Source: Octopus sinensis (Eukaryota). Taken from it: a stretch of DNA of 64,000 nucleotides. Below the pieces are notes generated by a model. It was not told the DNA's origin. It did no database searches and saw nothing but the letters and a program-made list of their open reading frames with translations. Position numbers and translations under genes: made by a program. Shown in pieces: positions 28,978-40,764 of this stretch. The stretch is from the NCBI RefSeq assembly GCF_006345805.1, contig NC_043001.1, forward strand, positions 129,270,001-129,334,000, given 5' to 3'. Every line of letters starts with the position of its first letter. Positions within the stretch are counted from its first letter, which is position 1.

Positions 28978-31090
28978 TTCTGAGGGACAACCTGCTAAAA
29001 GCCGCTGACCAGATCTGTGGCTGGTGCAAAGTCCCCTTAAGACCCAAAATAACGTGGTGGTGGAACAATATTGTTGACAGGGCTATTAGACAAAAGAAAC
29101 AGGCTTGGAAGGCCTGGAAGAACGGTGGTAGCAGGGAAGTGTATCAGTCTGCCAGAAGGGAAGCCAGGAGACAGGTCTATCTAGCCAGAGGGGAGGCAGA
29201 TAAGGAAAAATTTGCCAATGTCCTGCGTCGTGAGGATGAAAGACTTGAGGTATTTCGTGTTGCAAGACAGTGTGTGAGAGAGAATCGTGACGTGGTAGGA
29301 GAGAAATGTGTTCGCAAGGATGACGGTTCACTTGCGCTTAATGAGGATGCAAAGAGAGAGGCTTGGAGACGCCACTATGATAGGTTGCTGAATGAAGAAA
29401 ATGAATGGGATAAAGAGAGTCTGCCGAATGTCGACCCAATAGAGGGACCAGCAATCCGAGTTAACAGTTCCTTAGTAGATAAGGCAATTAGAAGCATGAA
29501 AACAGGGAAAGCCCCAGGCCCATCAGGAATTACTGCAGAGATGCTCAAAATATCTGGTGGTGTCGGCTATAGCTTAGTCACCCGTATAGTTAACCAGGTG
29601 ATACACGATGACTGGTGTAGCAGCATAATAGTCAACTGCTACAAAGGTAAAGGCGACGCCCTAGAGACAAATAACTACAGGGGCATCAAGCTGCTGGATC
29701 AGGTAATGAAGGTTACGGAGAGGGTTATAGCCCAACTAATTAGAGAGAGAGTTAGCTTAGATGATATGCAGTTTGGGTTCGTGCCAGGGAAAAGTACTAC
29801 TGATGCTATATTCCTGGTAAGACAGCTGCAGGAGAAATACCTAGCCAAAGATAAGCCCTTGTACCTGGCTTTTGTTGACTTGGAGAAAGCCTTTGACAGG
29901 GTCCCCCGATCCCTTATCTGGTGGTCAATGAGGAAACTAGGGATAGAAGAATGGTTGGTGAGAGCTGTGCAAGCCATGTACAGAGACGCTGCTAGTAAGG
30001 TGAGGGTTGGCAACGAGTACAGTGAAGAATTCCGGGTAGAGGTTGGGGTCCACCAAGGTTCAGTCCTCAGTCCCCTCCTATTTATCATAGTCCTCCAGGC
30101 AATAACGGAGGAATTCAAGACAGGTTGCCCCTGGGAGCTCCTCTATGCTGATGACCTTGCTCTAATTGCTGAGTCACTATCAGAACTGGAGAGAAGTTTC
30201 AGGTGTGGAAACAAGGATTAGAATCGAAGGGCCTTAGAATCAACCTAGCCAAAACCAAAGTCCTGATAAGTAGGAAGGTAGATCAATCACATACGCCTTC
30301 AGGTAGATGGCCCTGCTCGATCTGTAAAAAAGGTGTAGGTAGAAACTCTATAAGATGCACCAAGTGTAAGCTATGGACACATAAGAGGTGCAGCAATGTC
30401 AAAGGAAGGCTAACTAGGAAAATAGTTTTTGTGTGGCAAATGCTCAGGAGCAATAAACACTGGAAATGTGCAGAGACCAACTTCTGCCACGTTCCAGGGA
30501 GACAAACTAGAAGTAGTTGATAGCTTCCGCTACCTAGGAGACCAAGTCAGTAGCGGGCGGGTGTGCTGAAAGTGTAACTGCTAGAGTAAGAATAGCCTGG
30601 GCAAAGTTTAGAGAGCTCTTACCCCTGCTGGTGACAAAAGGCCTCTCGCTCAGAGTAAAAGGCAGACTGTATGATGCATGTGTACGTACAGCCATGCTAC
30701 ATGGTAGTGAAACATGGGCCGTGACTGCTGAGGATATGCGTAAGCTCGCAAGAAATGAAGCCAGTATGCTCCGATGGATGTGTAATGTCAGTGTTCATAA
30801 TCGTCAGAGTGTAAGTTCCTTGAGAGAAAAGTTGAACCTAGAAGCGTCAGTTGTGGTGTGCAAGAGAGACGTTTGCGCTGGTATGGTCATGTGATGAGAA
30901 TGGCTGAAGATAGTTGTGTGCAAAAGTGCTACACCCTAGCAGTTGAGGGAACCTGTGGAAGAGGTAGACCCAGGAAACCTGGGATGAGGTGGTGAAGCAC
31001 GACCTTCGAACTTTAGGTCTCACTAAGGAAATGTCTAGAGACCGAGACCTATGGAAGTATGCTGTGCGTGAGAAGACCCGGCAAGACTAG
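28974..31090 (+). pseudogene. RTE reverse transcriptase ORF (frameshifted; endonuclease domain missing)
   Basis: KAPGPSG, NYRGIKLL, QFGF, AFVDLEKAFDRV, GVHQGSVLSPLLF, LLYADDL, then RYLG, HGSETW and LRWYGHV in shifted frames; ends REKTRQD* at 31090. Confidence 0.95.
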
Positions 31091-33560
31091 TCAGGCCATA
31101 ACCCGTGGCCCCTACCTGGGACATAGTCAGTCCTCCTGTGCATACCTTCCTTCTTGTGACACTTAGAGACCGAGACCTATGGAAGTATGCTGTGCGTGAG
31201 AAGACCCGGCAAGACTAGTCAGGCCATAACCCGTGGCCCCTACCTGGGACATAGTCAGTCCTCCTGTGCATACCTTCCTTCTTGTGACACTTATGAAGAC
31301 CTGTTGAGGCAAGTGAAAATCAAATCAAAACAAATCAAAATAGATGAACATCAGTGGAATTGTATTCTTTGTGGTACCAGTGCCGGTGGCACACAAGAAA
31401 ACCACACAAACGTGGCCGTAGCCAGTACCGCATCGACTGGCCTCCGTGCTGTGGGCACAACAAACAACCATCCGATCGTGGCCGTTCGCCAGCCTCATCT
31501 GGCACCTGTGTCGGTGGACATAAAGACACCATCCGAAGACCCGGCGACGTAGTCAGTCCACCTGTGCATACCTTCCCTCTTATGACACTTGTGAAGACCT
31601 GTTGAGGCAAGTGTGTGACACTTGTGAAGCCTGTTGAGGCAAGTGTGTGACACTTGTGAAGACCTGTTGAGGCAGAGGCAAGTGTGTGATACTTGTGGAG
31701 ACCTGTTGAGGCAAGTGTGTGACACTTGTGAAGACCTGTTGAGGCAAGTGAAAATCAAATCAAACCAAATCAAAATAGATGAACATCAATGGAATTTGTA
31801 TCTTTGTGGTTCCAGTACCGGTGGCACACAAGAAAACCATCCGAACGTGGCCGTAGCCAGTACCGCATCGACTGGCCTCCGTGCTGTGGGCACAACACCA
31901 CACCATCCGATCGTGGCCGTTCGCCAGCCTCATCTGGCACCTGTGTCGGTGGCACATAAAGACACCATCCGAAGACCCGGCGACGTAGTCGTCCACCTGT
32001 GCATACCTTCCCTCTTATGACACTTGTGAAGACCTGTTGAGGCAAGTGTGTGACACTTGTGAAGACCTGTTGAGGCAGAGGCAAGTGTGTGACACTTGTG
32101 GAGACCTGTTGAGGCAAGTGTGTGACACTTGTGAAGACCTGTTGAGGCAAGTGAAAATCAAATCAATCCAAATCAAAATAGATGACATCAATGGAATTTG
32201 TATCTTTGTGGTTCCAGTACCGGTGGCACACAAGAAAACCATCCGACGTGGCCGTAGCCAGTACCGCATCGACTGGCCTCCGTGCTGTGGGCACAACAAA
32301 CACCATCTGATCGTGGCCGTTCGCCAGCCTCATCTGGCACCTGTGTCGGTGGCACATAAAAACACCATCCGAAGACCCGGCGACGTAGTCAGTCCACCTA
32401 TGCATACCTTCCTACTTATGACACTTGTGAAGACCTGTTGAGGCAAGTGTGTGACACCTACTTATGACACTTGTGAAGACCTGTTGAGGCAAGTGTGTGA
32501 CACTGTGTAGACCTGTTGAGGCAAGTGAAAATCAAATCAAATCAAATCAAACCAAATCAAAATAGATGAACATCAATGGAATTTGTATCTTTGTGGTACC
32601 AGTACCGTTGGCACACAAGAAAACCATCCGAACGTGGCCGTAGCCAGTACCGCATCGACTGGCCTCTGTGACGTGGGCACATAACAAACACCATCCAATC
32701 GTGGCCGTTCGCCAGCCTCATCTGGCACCTGTGTCGGTGGCACATAAAAACACCAACCGACGACCCGGCAAGACTAGTCAGGCCATAACCCGTGGCCCCT
32801 ACTTGGGACGTAGTCAGTCCCCTGTGCATACCTTCCTTCCTTCCTGTGACACTTGTGAAGACCTGTGAAGACCTGTTGAGGCAAGTGAAAATCAAATCAA
32901 ATCAAATCAAAATGGATGAACATCAATGGAATTTGTATCTTTGTGGTACCAGTGCCGGTGGCACACAAGAAAACCATCCGAACGTGGCCGTAGCCAGTAC
33001 CGCATCGACTGGCCTCCGTGCTGTGGGCACGTAACAAACACCATCCGATCGTGGCCGTTCGCCAGCCTCATCTGGCACCTGTGTCGGTGGCACATAAAAA
33101 CACCATCCGAAGACCCGGCAAGACTAGTCAGGCCATAACCCGTGGCCCCTACCTGGGACGTAGTCAGTCCACCTGTGCATACCTTCCTTCTTGTGACACT
33201 TGTGAAGACCTGTTGAGGCAAGTGAAAATCAAATCAAAACAAATCAAAATAGATGAACATCAATGGAATTTGTATCTTTGTGGTACCAGTGCCGGTGGCA
33301 CACAAGAAAATCATCCGAACGTGGCCGTAGCCAGTACCGCATAGACTGGCCTCCGTGCTTTGGGGACGTAACAAACACCAACCGATCGTGGCCGTCCGCC
33401 AGCCTCATCTGGCACCTGTGTCGGTGGCACATAAAAACACCATCCGAGCGTGGCCGTCTGCCAGCCTCGTCTGGCACCTGTGTCGGTGGCACATAAAAAC
33501 ACCATCCGAGCGTGGCCGTTCGCCAGCCTCGTCTGGCACCTGTGTCGGTGGCACATAAAA
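31036..33560 (+). repeat. Nested tandem array derived from the RTE 3' region
   Basis: 128 bp direct duplication (31036/31164); six ~340-430 bp units marked by gaaaatcaaatc near 31315, 31750, 32153, 32526, 32886 and 33224; internal 33 bp and ~55 bp sub-repeats. Confidence 0.95.
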
Positions 33561-34203
33561 TCACCCACTACACTCTCGGAGTGGTTGGCGTTAGGAGGGC
33601 ATCCAGCTGTAGAAACACTGCCAGATCTGACTGGCCTGGTGCAGCCTTCGGGCTCCCCAGACCCCAGTTGAACCGTCCAACCCATGCTAGCATGGAAAAC
33701 GGACGCTAAATGATGATGATGATATATATATATAGAACTGAACTATTCAAGATGTGGATGAAAATAATATCACAAGTAATTGAAGCATTAGGCATGATAA
33801 ACAAATTATGAAATGAAACATAGAAGCCATTCCAGGGCTCACAACATTTCAACAACCCCAAAAAATAGATCTGTGAGGAACAGTTTATTTCGTGTATGAG
33901 ATGCTTTCAATTCAATAGTTCAAATAGATAGCTAAAACAGAATAACCTTAACTCACAACACAACTCAGGCAGCATATATTAGATTAAGATCCAATATAAT
34001 AACACAACCCTTATTACATATACACCATGGATGACAGAACAAACACAAATACAACAAGAAACATAACAAAACAAACAGGTGCAGTACACCAACAAGAAGA
34101 GCCTATACTCTGCCAATCTTCACTAAAATAAGAACAAAAGCCACATGCACGTCAGAAACATGGATGTACACCAAGTGGTGCAATAGAAACTTGCATGAAA
34201 CTA

Positions 34204-34648
34204 GGTATTTATTGTGTTTTTTATAAAAAAAAAGGCGGCGAGCTAGCAGAAACGTTAGCACGCTGGGAGAAATGCTTAGCGGCATTTCATCCGCTGCTAC
34301 GTTCTGAGTTCAAATTCCACCGAGGTCGACTTTGCCTTTCATCCTTTCAGGGTCGATTAAATAAGTGCCAATTATGCACTGGGGTCGATATAATAGACTT
34401 AATGCATTTGTCTGTCCTTGTTTGTCCCCTCTGTATTTAGCCTCTTGTGGGTAGTAAAGATATAGGTATTTTTTCTGCCGCCACGTTCTGAGTTCAAATT
34501 CTGCCGAGGTCGACTTTGCCTTTCATCCTTTCGGGGTTGATAAATTAAGTACCAGTTATGCACTGCTGTCGATATAATCAACTTAATCCATTTGTCTGTC
34601 CTTGTTTGTCCCCTCTGTGTGTAGCCCCTTGTTGGCAGTAAAGAAATA
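34204..34648 (+). mobile_element. Dimeric SINE family B insertion with 19 bp flanking direct repeat
   Basis: agaaacttgcatgaaacta at 34185-34203 and 34649-34667 brackets one full and one 5'-truncated family B unit. Confidence 0.85.
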
Positions 34649-34797
34649 AGAAACTTGCATGAAACTACCAAAGATAATACTACTACTAATAATAATAATG
34701 ACTTTTGCTTTAGCCACAAGTCCAGCAGTTTTGAAAGAAAGGTTCTAATCTATACCATTGACCCCAGTATTTCACTGATGCTGTACTTTATCAACCA

Positions 34798-35025
34798 TTA
34801 AGCATTTAGCATTTAAACAGATCATATCTGACCAAAATATTCTGCATGTTTTATGTTCTAACTAGTTAGATCTCGCTTCTCATACCAACCCTACAATGTC
34901 ATTCTAAAAATTGATAGTTAATTCATCAAAACTTTGAAGTTACAAGGTAATGCATGATTAATTCAAAACAATGTGAATAAATATGCATAACATTTGACAG
35001 AGGAATCTGAATGCTAAAAGGTTAA
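34798..35025. mobile_element. piggyBac-like MITE (TTAA-flanked)
   Basis: ttaa-gcatttagcatt..aatgctaaaagg-ttaa; same family as 39340-39568. Confidence 0.7.
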
Positions 35026-35149
35026 GGGATAAAAGGTAATATTGATCGCAGCAAGATTTGAAATCTATTGGTAAACAGAACACAAATACTGCAAAAACTT
35101 TTTCTGTGATATTCTCATGTTTCTGCCCACATGGTGTCTTAATAATAAT

Positions 35150-36050
35150 AATGATCCTTTCTATTACAGACAAAAGGCCTGAAATTTTTGTGGGAAGGGA
35201 CCAGTTGATTACATCAACCCCAATGCATAACTAGTATTTAATTTATCAGCCTCAAAAGGATGAAAGGCAAAGTTGACCCCAGGGGCATTTCAACTCAGAA
35301 TATGAAGAGAAATGAAATACCGCTAAACATTTTACCTGGCATGCTAATGATTCTTATTTCTTTATTGCCCACAAGGAGCTAAACATAGAGGGGACAAACA
35401 AGGACAGACAAAGGGATTAAGCTGATTAGATCGAACCCAGTGCGTAACTGGTACTTAATTTATCGACCCCAACAGGATGAAAGGCAAAGATGATCTCGGC
35501 GGAATTTGAACTCAGACCGTAGCGGCAGACGAAATACAGCAACACATTTTGCCCGGCGTGCTAACGATTCTGCCAGCATGCCACTTTCTTTAGAAAAGAT
35601 AGAATTAATCCTTTCTACTATAGGCACAAGGCCTGAAATTTCCAGGGAGGGGATAAGTCAATTACATCAACCCCAATGCTCAACTGGTAATAATTTTATA
35701 AACCCTGAAAGAATGAAAGGCAAACTCAATCTCAGTGGAATTTGAACTCAGAATGTAATGATGGATGAAATGTTACAAAGCATTTCGCCCAACCTGCTAA
35801 CGATTCTGCTAGCTCATCACCTTAAATAATAATAATAATAATAATAATCCTTTCTACTAGACACAATGCCTGAAATTTCAGGGGAGGGGCTAAGTCGATT
35901 GCATTGACCCCAGTACATAACTGGTACTCATCAATCTGAAAGGATGAAAGGCAAAGTCGACCTCAGCAGAATTTGAACGCAAAACATAAAAGTAGACAAA
36001 ATACTGCTTAGCATTTTCTTCAGCATGATAATGATTCTGTCAGCTTGCTT
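35150..36050 (-). mobile_element. Four same-orientation SINE family B copies
   Basis: Repeated aaaggatgaaaggcaaa..aactcaga blocks near 35255, 35475, 35710 and 35940. Confidence 0.8.
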
Positions 36051-36110
36051 TATAATAATAATAATAATAATAATAATCAGAAGAAGAAGAAGAATAGTAA
36101 TAATAATGGC

Positions 36111-36144
<34 letters not shown>

Positions 36145-36468
36145 TGGGAATGATAGTGAAAGGGGCTGATTGCTACCTAACTCAGATACCAGGAAACCCC
36201 AAAATTGGCAGAAATTCAAAAGATAGTGCTCATGAGAACTGCTCATATCCTACGCAAAGTACTTTCTATGTAATCTTAGGGTTTAAAACAAACATAATTT
36301 TTTGTTTTTTTTGGACATTCACTAGTACAACACAAAATTAACAAAAAAAAACCCCAAATATATGGCACACTAGGCATAACAACAATATGAACTTCCAACC
36401 TGTTGTCTCTTGAGGTCTCTGGGTGAGACTTGGAGCCAACTTGTACAAATATAAAGCAAAAGTCAAAC

Positions 36469-36470
<2 letters not shown>
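36145..36470 (+). mobile_element. 3' end of an R4/Dong-like non-LTR element embedded in (AAT)n
   Basis: GMIVKGADCYLTQIPGNPK..EIQKIVLMRTAHILRKVLSM* resembles the C-terminus of REL-endonuclease LINEs; (AAT)n on both sides fits the TAA-repeat targeting known for Dong. Confidence 0.7.
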
Positions 36471-36527
<57 letters not shown>

Positions 36528-36554
36528 CAATAACAATAATAGTAATAATAAAAA

Positions 36555-37020
36555 ATGGGCTACAGCAAATATTCTGACTCAATACCACTGGTTTGCTTGT
36601 CAGTTGTTTGACCTTAACCAGTTGAGCATATCCCTTAGTGGCTGATGATATGTGTATCTGATCATGAGCACAAGTAGTGGGGGAGCATCATAGCCATGTG
36701 TTGAGAGGGATTCTTTGGGGTTTGAATAATTCACCTCTGGAAACATGGGTGTTCCGTTCAACATCCTTAAACAACCCTTACTCAGGGACCTTTTGAGCAG
36801 GATGGGTTACTTGACCTGAAGAAAATTCTAACTAGGCCCCACCTACAAGGTCATGTGCTGTTTATCTTGATATGAGATCATCATGTCACGCACATATGGT
36901 TGTGATGCATGTGCCCGGTGTACCCTTATCAGACGGGTAGTCATGATGGGTATACTGGCTTCGTATATTTTACCCCAGTGTCACTTTGATGGCATGCACT
37001 GCTCTCTCACTCAATAATAA
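36555..37020. mobile_element. Non-coding interspersed element ending in (AAT)n, family unresolved
   Basis: GC-richer block bounded by (AAT)n; resembles an abundant octopus repeat from recall only. Confidence 0.45.
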
Positions 37021-37720
37021 TAACAATCATGGTTTCAAATTTTGGCTCAAGGCTAGCAATTTTTGGAGAGGGATAAGTCGATTGCCTTGACCCCAGTGCT
37101 CAATTGATACTTATTTTACCGACCCCTAAATGATGATGAAAAATAAAGTCAACTTTGACAGAATTAGAACACAGATAATCGAGATAAGGAAGAGATGCCA
37201 TTAAGCATTTTGCAAATGATTAAGCAATATGCAAATGATTCTGTAGGCTCAATAATAATAATAACAATGGTTTCTTTTATTATACCTTTAATTCCACAAG
37301 AATGAAGTGGTAGTGGGGGTGGGGGTGGAGAGATGTTTTAAGACCAAATTACTAAATGATGGTGGATTTTACATCAAACAAGAACCAAAAAATATGAAAT
37401 ATTTACAGTGAAATGGCCTGGAGAGAGAGAGAAAGAAAGCGATTGATAGATAGACAGACAGATAGATAGAGAGAGAGAGGGAGAGAGAGTGTGAAAGAGA
37501 GTGAGATGGATGGAGGAAGAGTGAGAGGTGGGGGAGAGAGAGAACTACAGCTTGAGGGCCAATCAGAAAACCAGACATAAATCACGGACTGCTTTCTAAC
37601 TCCCACAGGCAAGTTGTACCTTCTTTCATTTATGTAGTCCCTGGCTTACAGCACAAGTTGAGAGCAAGTCCATCTAGACCGTACACACTATTCATACCCA
37701 TCTTTTAGTAACAGACTTAC

Positions 37721-37769
37721 TGGAAAACAGCATTTCTCTTTCTACCCTCAATCGCTTCTTCAAGTGTTA
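37721..37769 (-). CDS. Candidate 49 nt internal exon (TLEEAIEGRKRNAVF), unverified
   Basis: atattttttcaag| acceptor and CCA|GTAAGT donor; open frame; phase 1-2. Confidence 0.25.
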
Positions 37770-38074
37770 CTTGAAAAAATATTGATGGAAGTACTTGATT
37801 GTTTTAATCTTTTATTTTTGATGGTGCTTTTTGTGGATTACAGTCAGTTACAACAAATCCTGCACTTGACTGATGTTTATTTTATTGATCTCAAAGCAAA
37901 ATTGGAACTTATATTCAGTGATACTTTTACTTGCTTCAGTTATTGGATTGCAGCCATGCTGGGGTATTATCTTCAATGCTGGATTAACCATTAAGCAAAA
38001 TAAGCACATGCTTAGAGCATCAAGAGAAGGAGGGGTCACCACAGAAATAGTAAATGGTTTATGACACAAAAGAA

Positions 38075-38374
38075 ATCACTTTAAACTTGCTAAAACAATT
38101 TTCGGGATGCCTTTATCTCTACTTAGTATTGACGCAGATGTGTTACCTAAGATTAATTTTGAGGATCTGATCAAAGACTTTGCAATTCAAAATAATAGGA
38201 GGAAACTTTTCAAATATAAATAAAGTGGAAGAATACAAAAATAAACATTATTTTCCCTCTTTTGCTTTGTTTTGAAAAATAATTTATTTTATGATTTTGA
38301 ATTACATAATCTCTTATGGGGGCACCAAAATCTTTCAAGTGTTTAGGGCCTCTATGAGTCTCAATCCGGCCCTG
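38075..38374 (+). mobile_element. hAT transposon 3' remnant
   Basis: LSLLSIDADVLPKINFEDLIKDFAIQNNRRKLF resembles the hAT C-terminal dimerisation region; terminus atccggccctg. Confidence 0.7.
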
Positions 38375-38621
38375 ACTATCTTGAAGGATTTAGTCAAACA
38401 AATCAACTCCAGCATGTATTTCTTTAACACTAAAAGTACCAACATTTCTGACTTCCTACAAGAACCATAGCAGTCATTTTCAACTGGCATTGAAAATCTT
38501 TATTTAATACAATTTATTTAAAATATACTGTAAGCTAATGCAGTGAAATATGCAAGCTTATGCAGTGAATAAAGGATTTAAAAATATAGTCTTTTAGTAT
38601 TTACTTGTGTGCAAAAATATA

Positions 38622-38975
38622 TGCAGGTGTAGGAGTGGTTGTGTGGTAAGTAGCTTGCTTACCAACCACTGCGTGGCACCTTGGGAAAGTGTTTTCTACT
38701 ATAGCCTTGGGATGACCAAAGCCTTGTGAGTGGATTTGGTAGATAGAAACTGAAAGAAGCCCATCATATATATATATGTATATGTTTGTTTGTGTTTTTC
38801 CTCCCACTATCGCTTAACAACCAATGTTGGTGTGTTTACGTTCCTGTAACTTAGCAGTTCGGCAAAGGAGCCCAATGGGACGAGTACTAGGTTTACAAAA
38901 GAATAAGTCCTGGGGTTGATTTGTTAGACAAAAGGCAGTGCTCCAACATGGCCACAGTCAAATGACTGAAACAAT
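38622..38975 (+). mobile_element. SINE family A (internally deleted)
   Basis: ggagtggttgtgtggtaagtagcttgcttaccaacc.. head and ..ccacagtcaaatgactgaaaca tail. Confidence 0.8.
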
Positions 38976-39125
38976 GCATGCCATCAGAAGAATCACCAAA
39001 TTGGGTCCGTGGGTTCTTCACAAACTCTCTGAATCTAATTGTGCCACGGCTACATGTTGAAATGGCAACTAACATTACTTCTCAATATAGTTACTCCTTT
39101 CATCTCCTATAGACATTTTCTAACT
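38976..39125 (+). pseudogene. Mariner transposase fragment
   Basis: KLGPWVLHKLSESNCA resembles the WVPHEL motif region. Confidence 0.45.
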
Positions 39126-39339
39126 AGCTACTTTGCTTGTTGCAAGACCAGTAGCTGATTGTTGCTTGGTTTTTCTACATATTGCTTGCTGTAGTGAACT
39201 ACTGCTATTTCTAATGGACAGCCTGAAATGGGCAAAGACAGCCTGAAGCCATCCAAGTCTGGTGGTCCTGTAAAGTCATTAGAAGATGGTAGGGGTTCAC
39301 TCCCCTGCTTGCAGTATATATCAGGTGCAGATAGCATCA

Positions 39340-39568
39340 TTAACCCTTTAGCTTTTAAACCGGCCTTATCCGGCCAAAAGTACTCTGCCTGTTTTATGTT
39401 CAAACTGACCAGATCTGGTCTCTCACACCAACCCTACAATATCATTCTAATTATTAACAGTTACCTCATCAAAATCTCAAAGCTACAACATAATGTATGA
39501 TTAGTTTAAAACAATATGGATAAAAATGGATTAATTTTGGCAGAATAATGCAAACACTAAAGGGTTAA
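39340..39568. mobile_element. piggyBac-like MITE (TTAA-flanked)
   Basis: ttaa-ccctttag..ctaaaggg-ttaa inverted termini. Confidence 0.8.
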
Positions 39569-39959
39569 CTAGCTAGAGGAGGCATCCTCTTGAGGTTAAA
39601 AATAGTAGTAATGTCGTATGGAACAGTCCTGTTGAAGTTATGACAAACATTATTTCTCAGTATAGTTATTATTTTCATCTTTTAAAGGGGATTTTCTTAC
39701 TAGTTACTTTATTAGTCTCAATTTTGTTTATCATTAATAAAGAGGTGTGGTAAAAAGCTTCTACTAATTTTTGGGGGGTGGGTATGTGACATACAACTGT
39801 TAATTTTGAAACCATTGTGCTAGATGATATTTACCCAAAGTTACGGTTGTCACATATGATTGAACCCTGAACCGTGTGGTTGTAAAATGAATGATTTCTA
39901 ACATGAGCACATGACCACAAATTCTGGCAGAATAATATGTTTGATTAATAGCCATCCAG

Positions 39960-40335
39960 GTACAATGGCCCAGTGGTTAGGGCAGCGGACTCGCGGTCGT
40001 AGGATCGCGGTTTCGATTCCCAGACCGGGCATTGTGAGTGTTTATTGAGCGAAAACACCTAAAGCTCCACAAGGCTCCAGCAGGGATGGTGGTGATCCCT
40101 GCTGTACTCTTTCACCACAACTTTCTCTCACTCTTACTTCCTGTTTCTGTTGTACCTGTATTTCAAAGGGCCAGCCTTGTCACACTCTGTGTCATGCTGA
40201 ATCTCCTCGAGAACTATGTTAAGGGTACACGTGTCTGTGGAGTGCTCAGCCACTTACATGTTAATTTCACGAGCAGGCTGTTCCGTTGATCGAATCAACC
40301 GGAACCCTCGTCGTCGTAACCGACGGAGTGCTTCC
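39960..40335 (+). mobile_element. SINE with family C head and family D tail
   Basis: The head matches 21393 onward; 40145-40325 matches the reverse complement of 2324-2475. Confidence 0.85.
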
Positions 40336-40746
40336 ACCACTTCAGTGGTGCATATTTGGTCAACTCTAGAAGAATGAAATACAATAGTGAATCCTTGTTG
40401 GATTTGAACTCAGATTGCAAAGAGATGCATGTAAATACTTCAGTTAATGGCAATAATTAAAATAATATTAATTACATTGATAACAAGAAGAAAACTATTG
40501 TAAGAATTGTTAATAGAATCTGAATAGTACAATAAAAGAAGAGTGAATACAAAAATGTACCATTGCCTGCAGATAGTAAAACTGTACGCTACAACAATTC
40601 ACCATTTTTGAATTAGATGAGTTAACCTGAATATCTATCGTTGTCCTGAAATAATAGTGAAACATCAAACTAGATAACGCCAATACAAACTACCAAACAC
40701 AACTTTGATAAATTATAAAAGAAATATGACAACACAAAGTACTAAC

Positions 40747-40764
40747 TTTGTATTGTTGGCTTTG
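40747..40764 (-). CDS. Candidate 18 nt microexon (CAAAGCCAACAATACAAA), unverified
   Basis: AG-free pyrimidine tract with TGC, then ctcatcag| acceptor; |GTTAGT donor; length is a multiple of 3. Confidence 0.22.

Larger units (their letters stand above)
28974..33722 (+). mobile_element. 5'-truncated RTE-clade LINE with an expanded 3' region, inserted in (TA)n
   Basis: RT-coding region 28974-31090; the 3' end has gttaggagggcatccagctg and a (GAT)n tail; (TA)n on both flanks. Confidence 0.95.

Noticed and set aside
31290-33560. CRISPR-like or HDV-ribozyme reading of the repeated 33 bp and 55 bp units
   Set aside because: There are no unique spacers or cas genes, and the units are LINE 3' sequence. 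I could not fit the HDV P1/P1.1/P2 pseudoknot.
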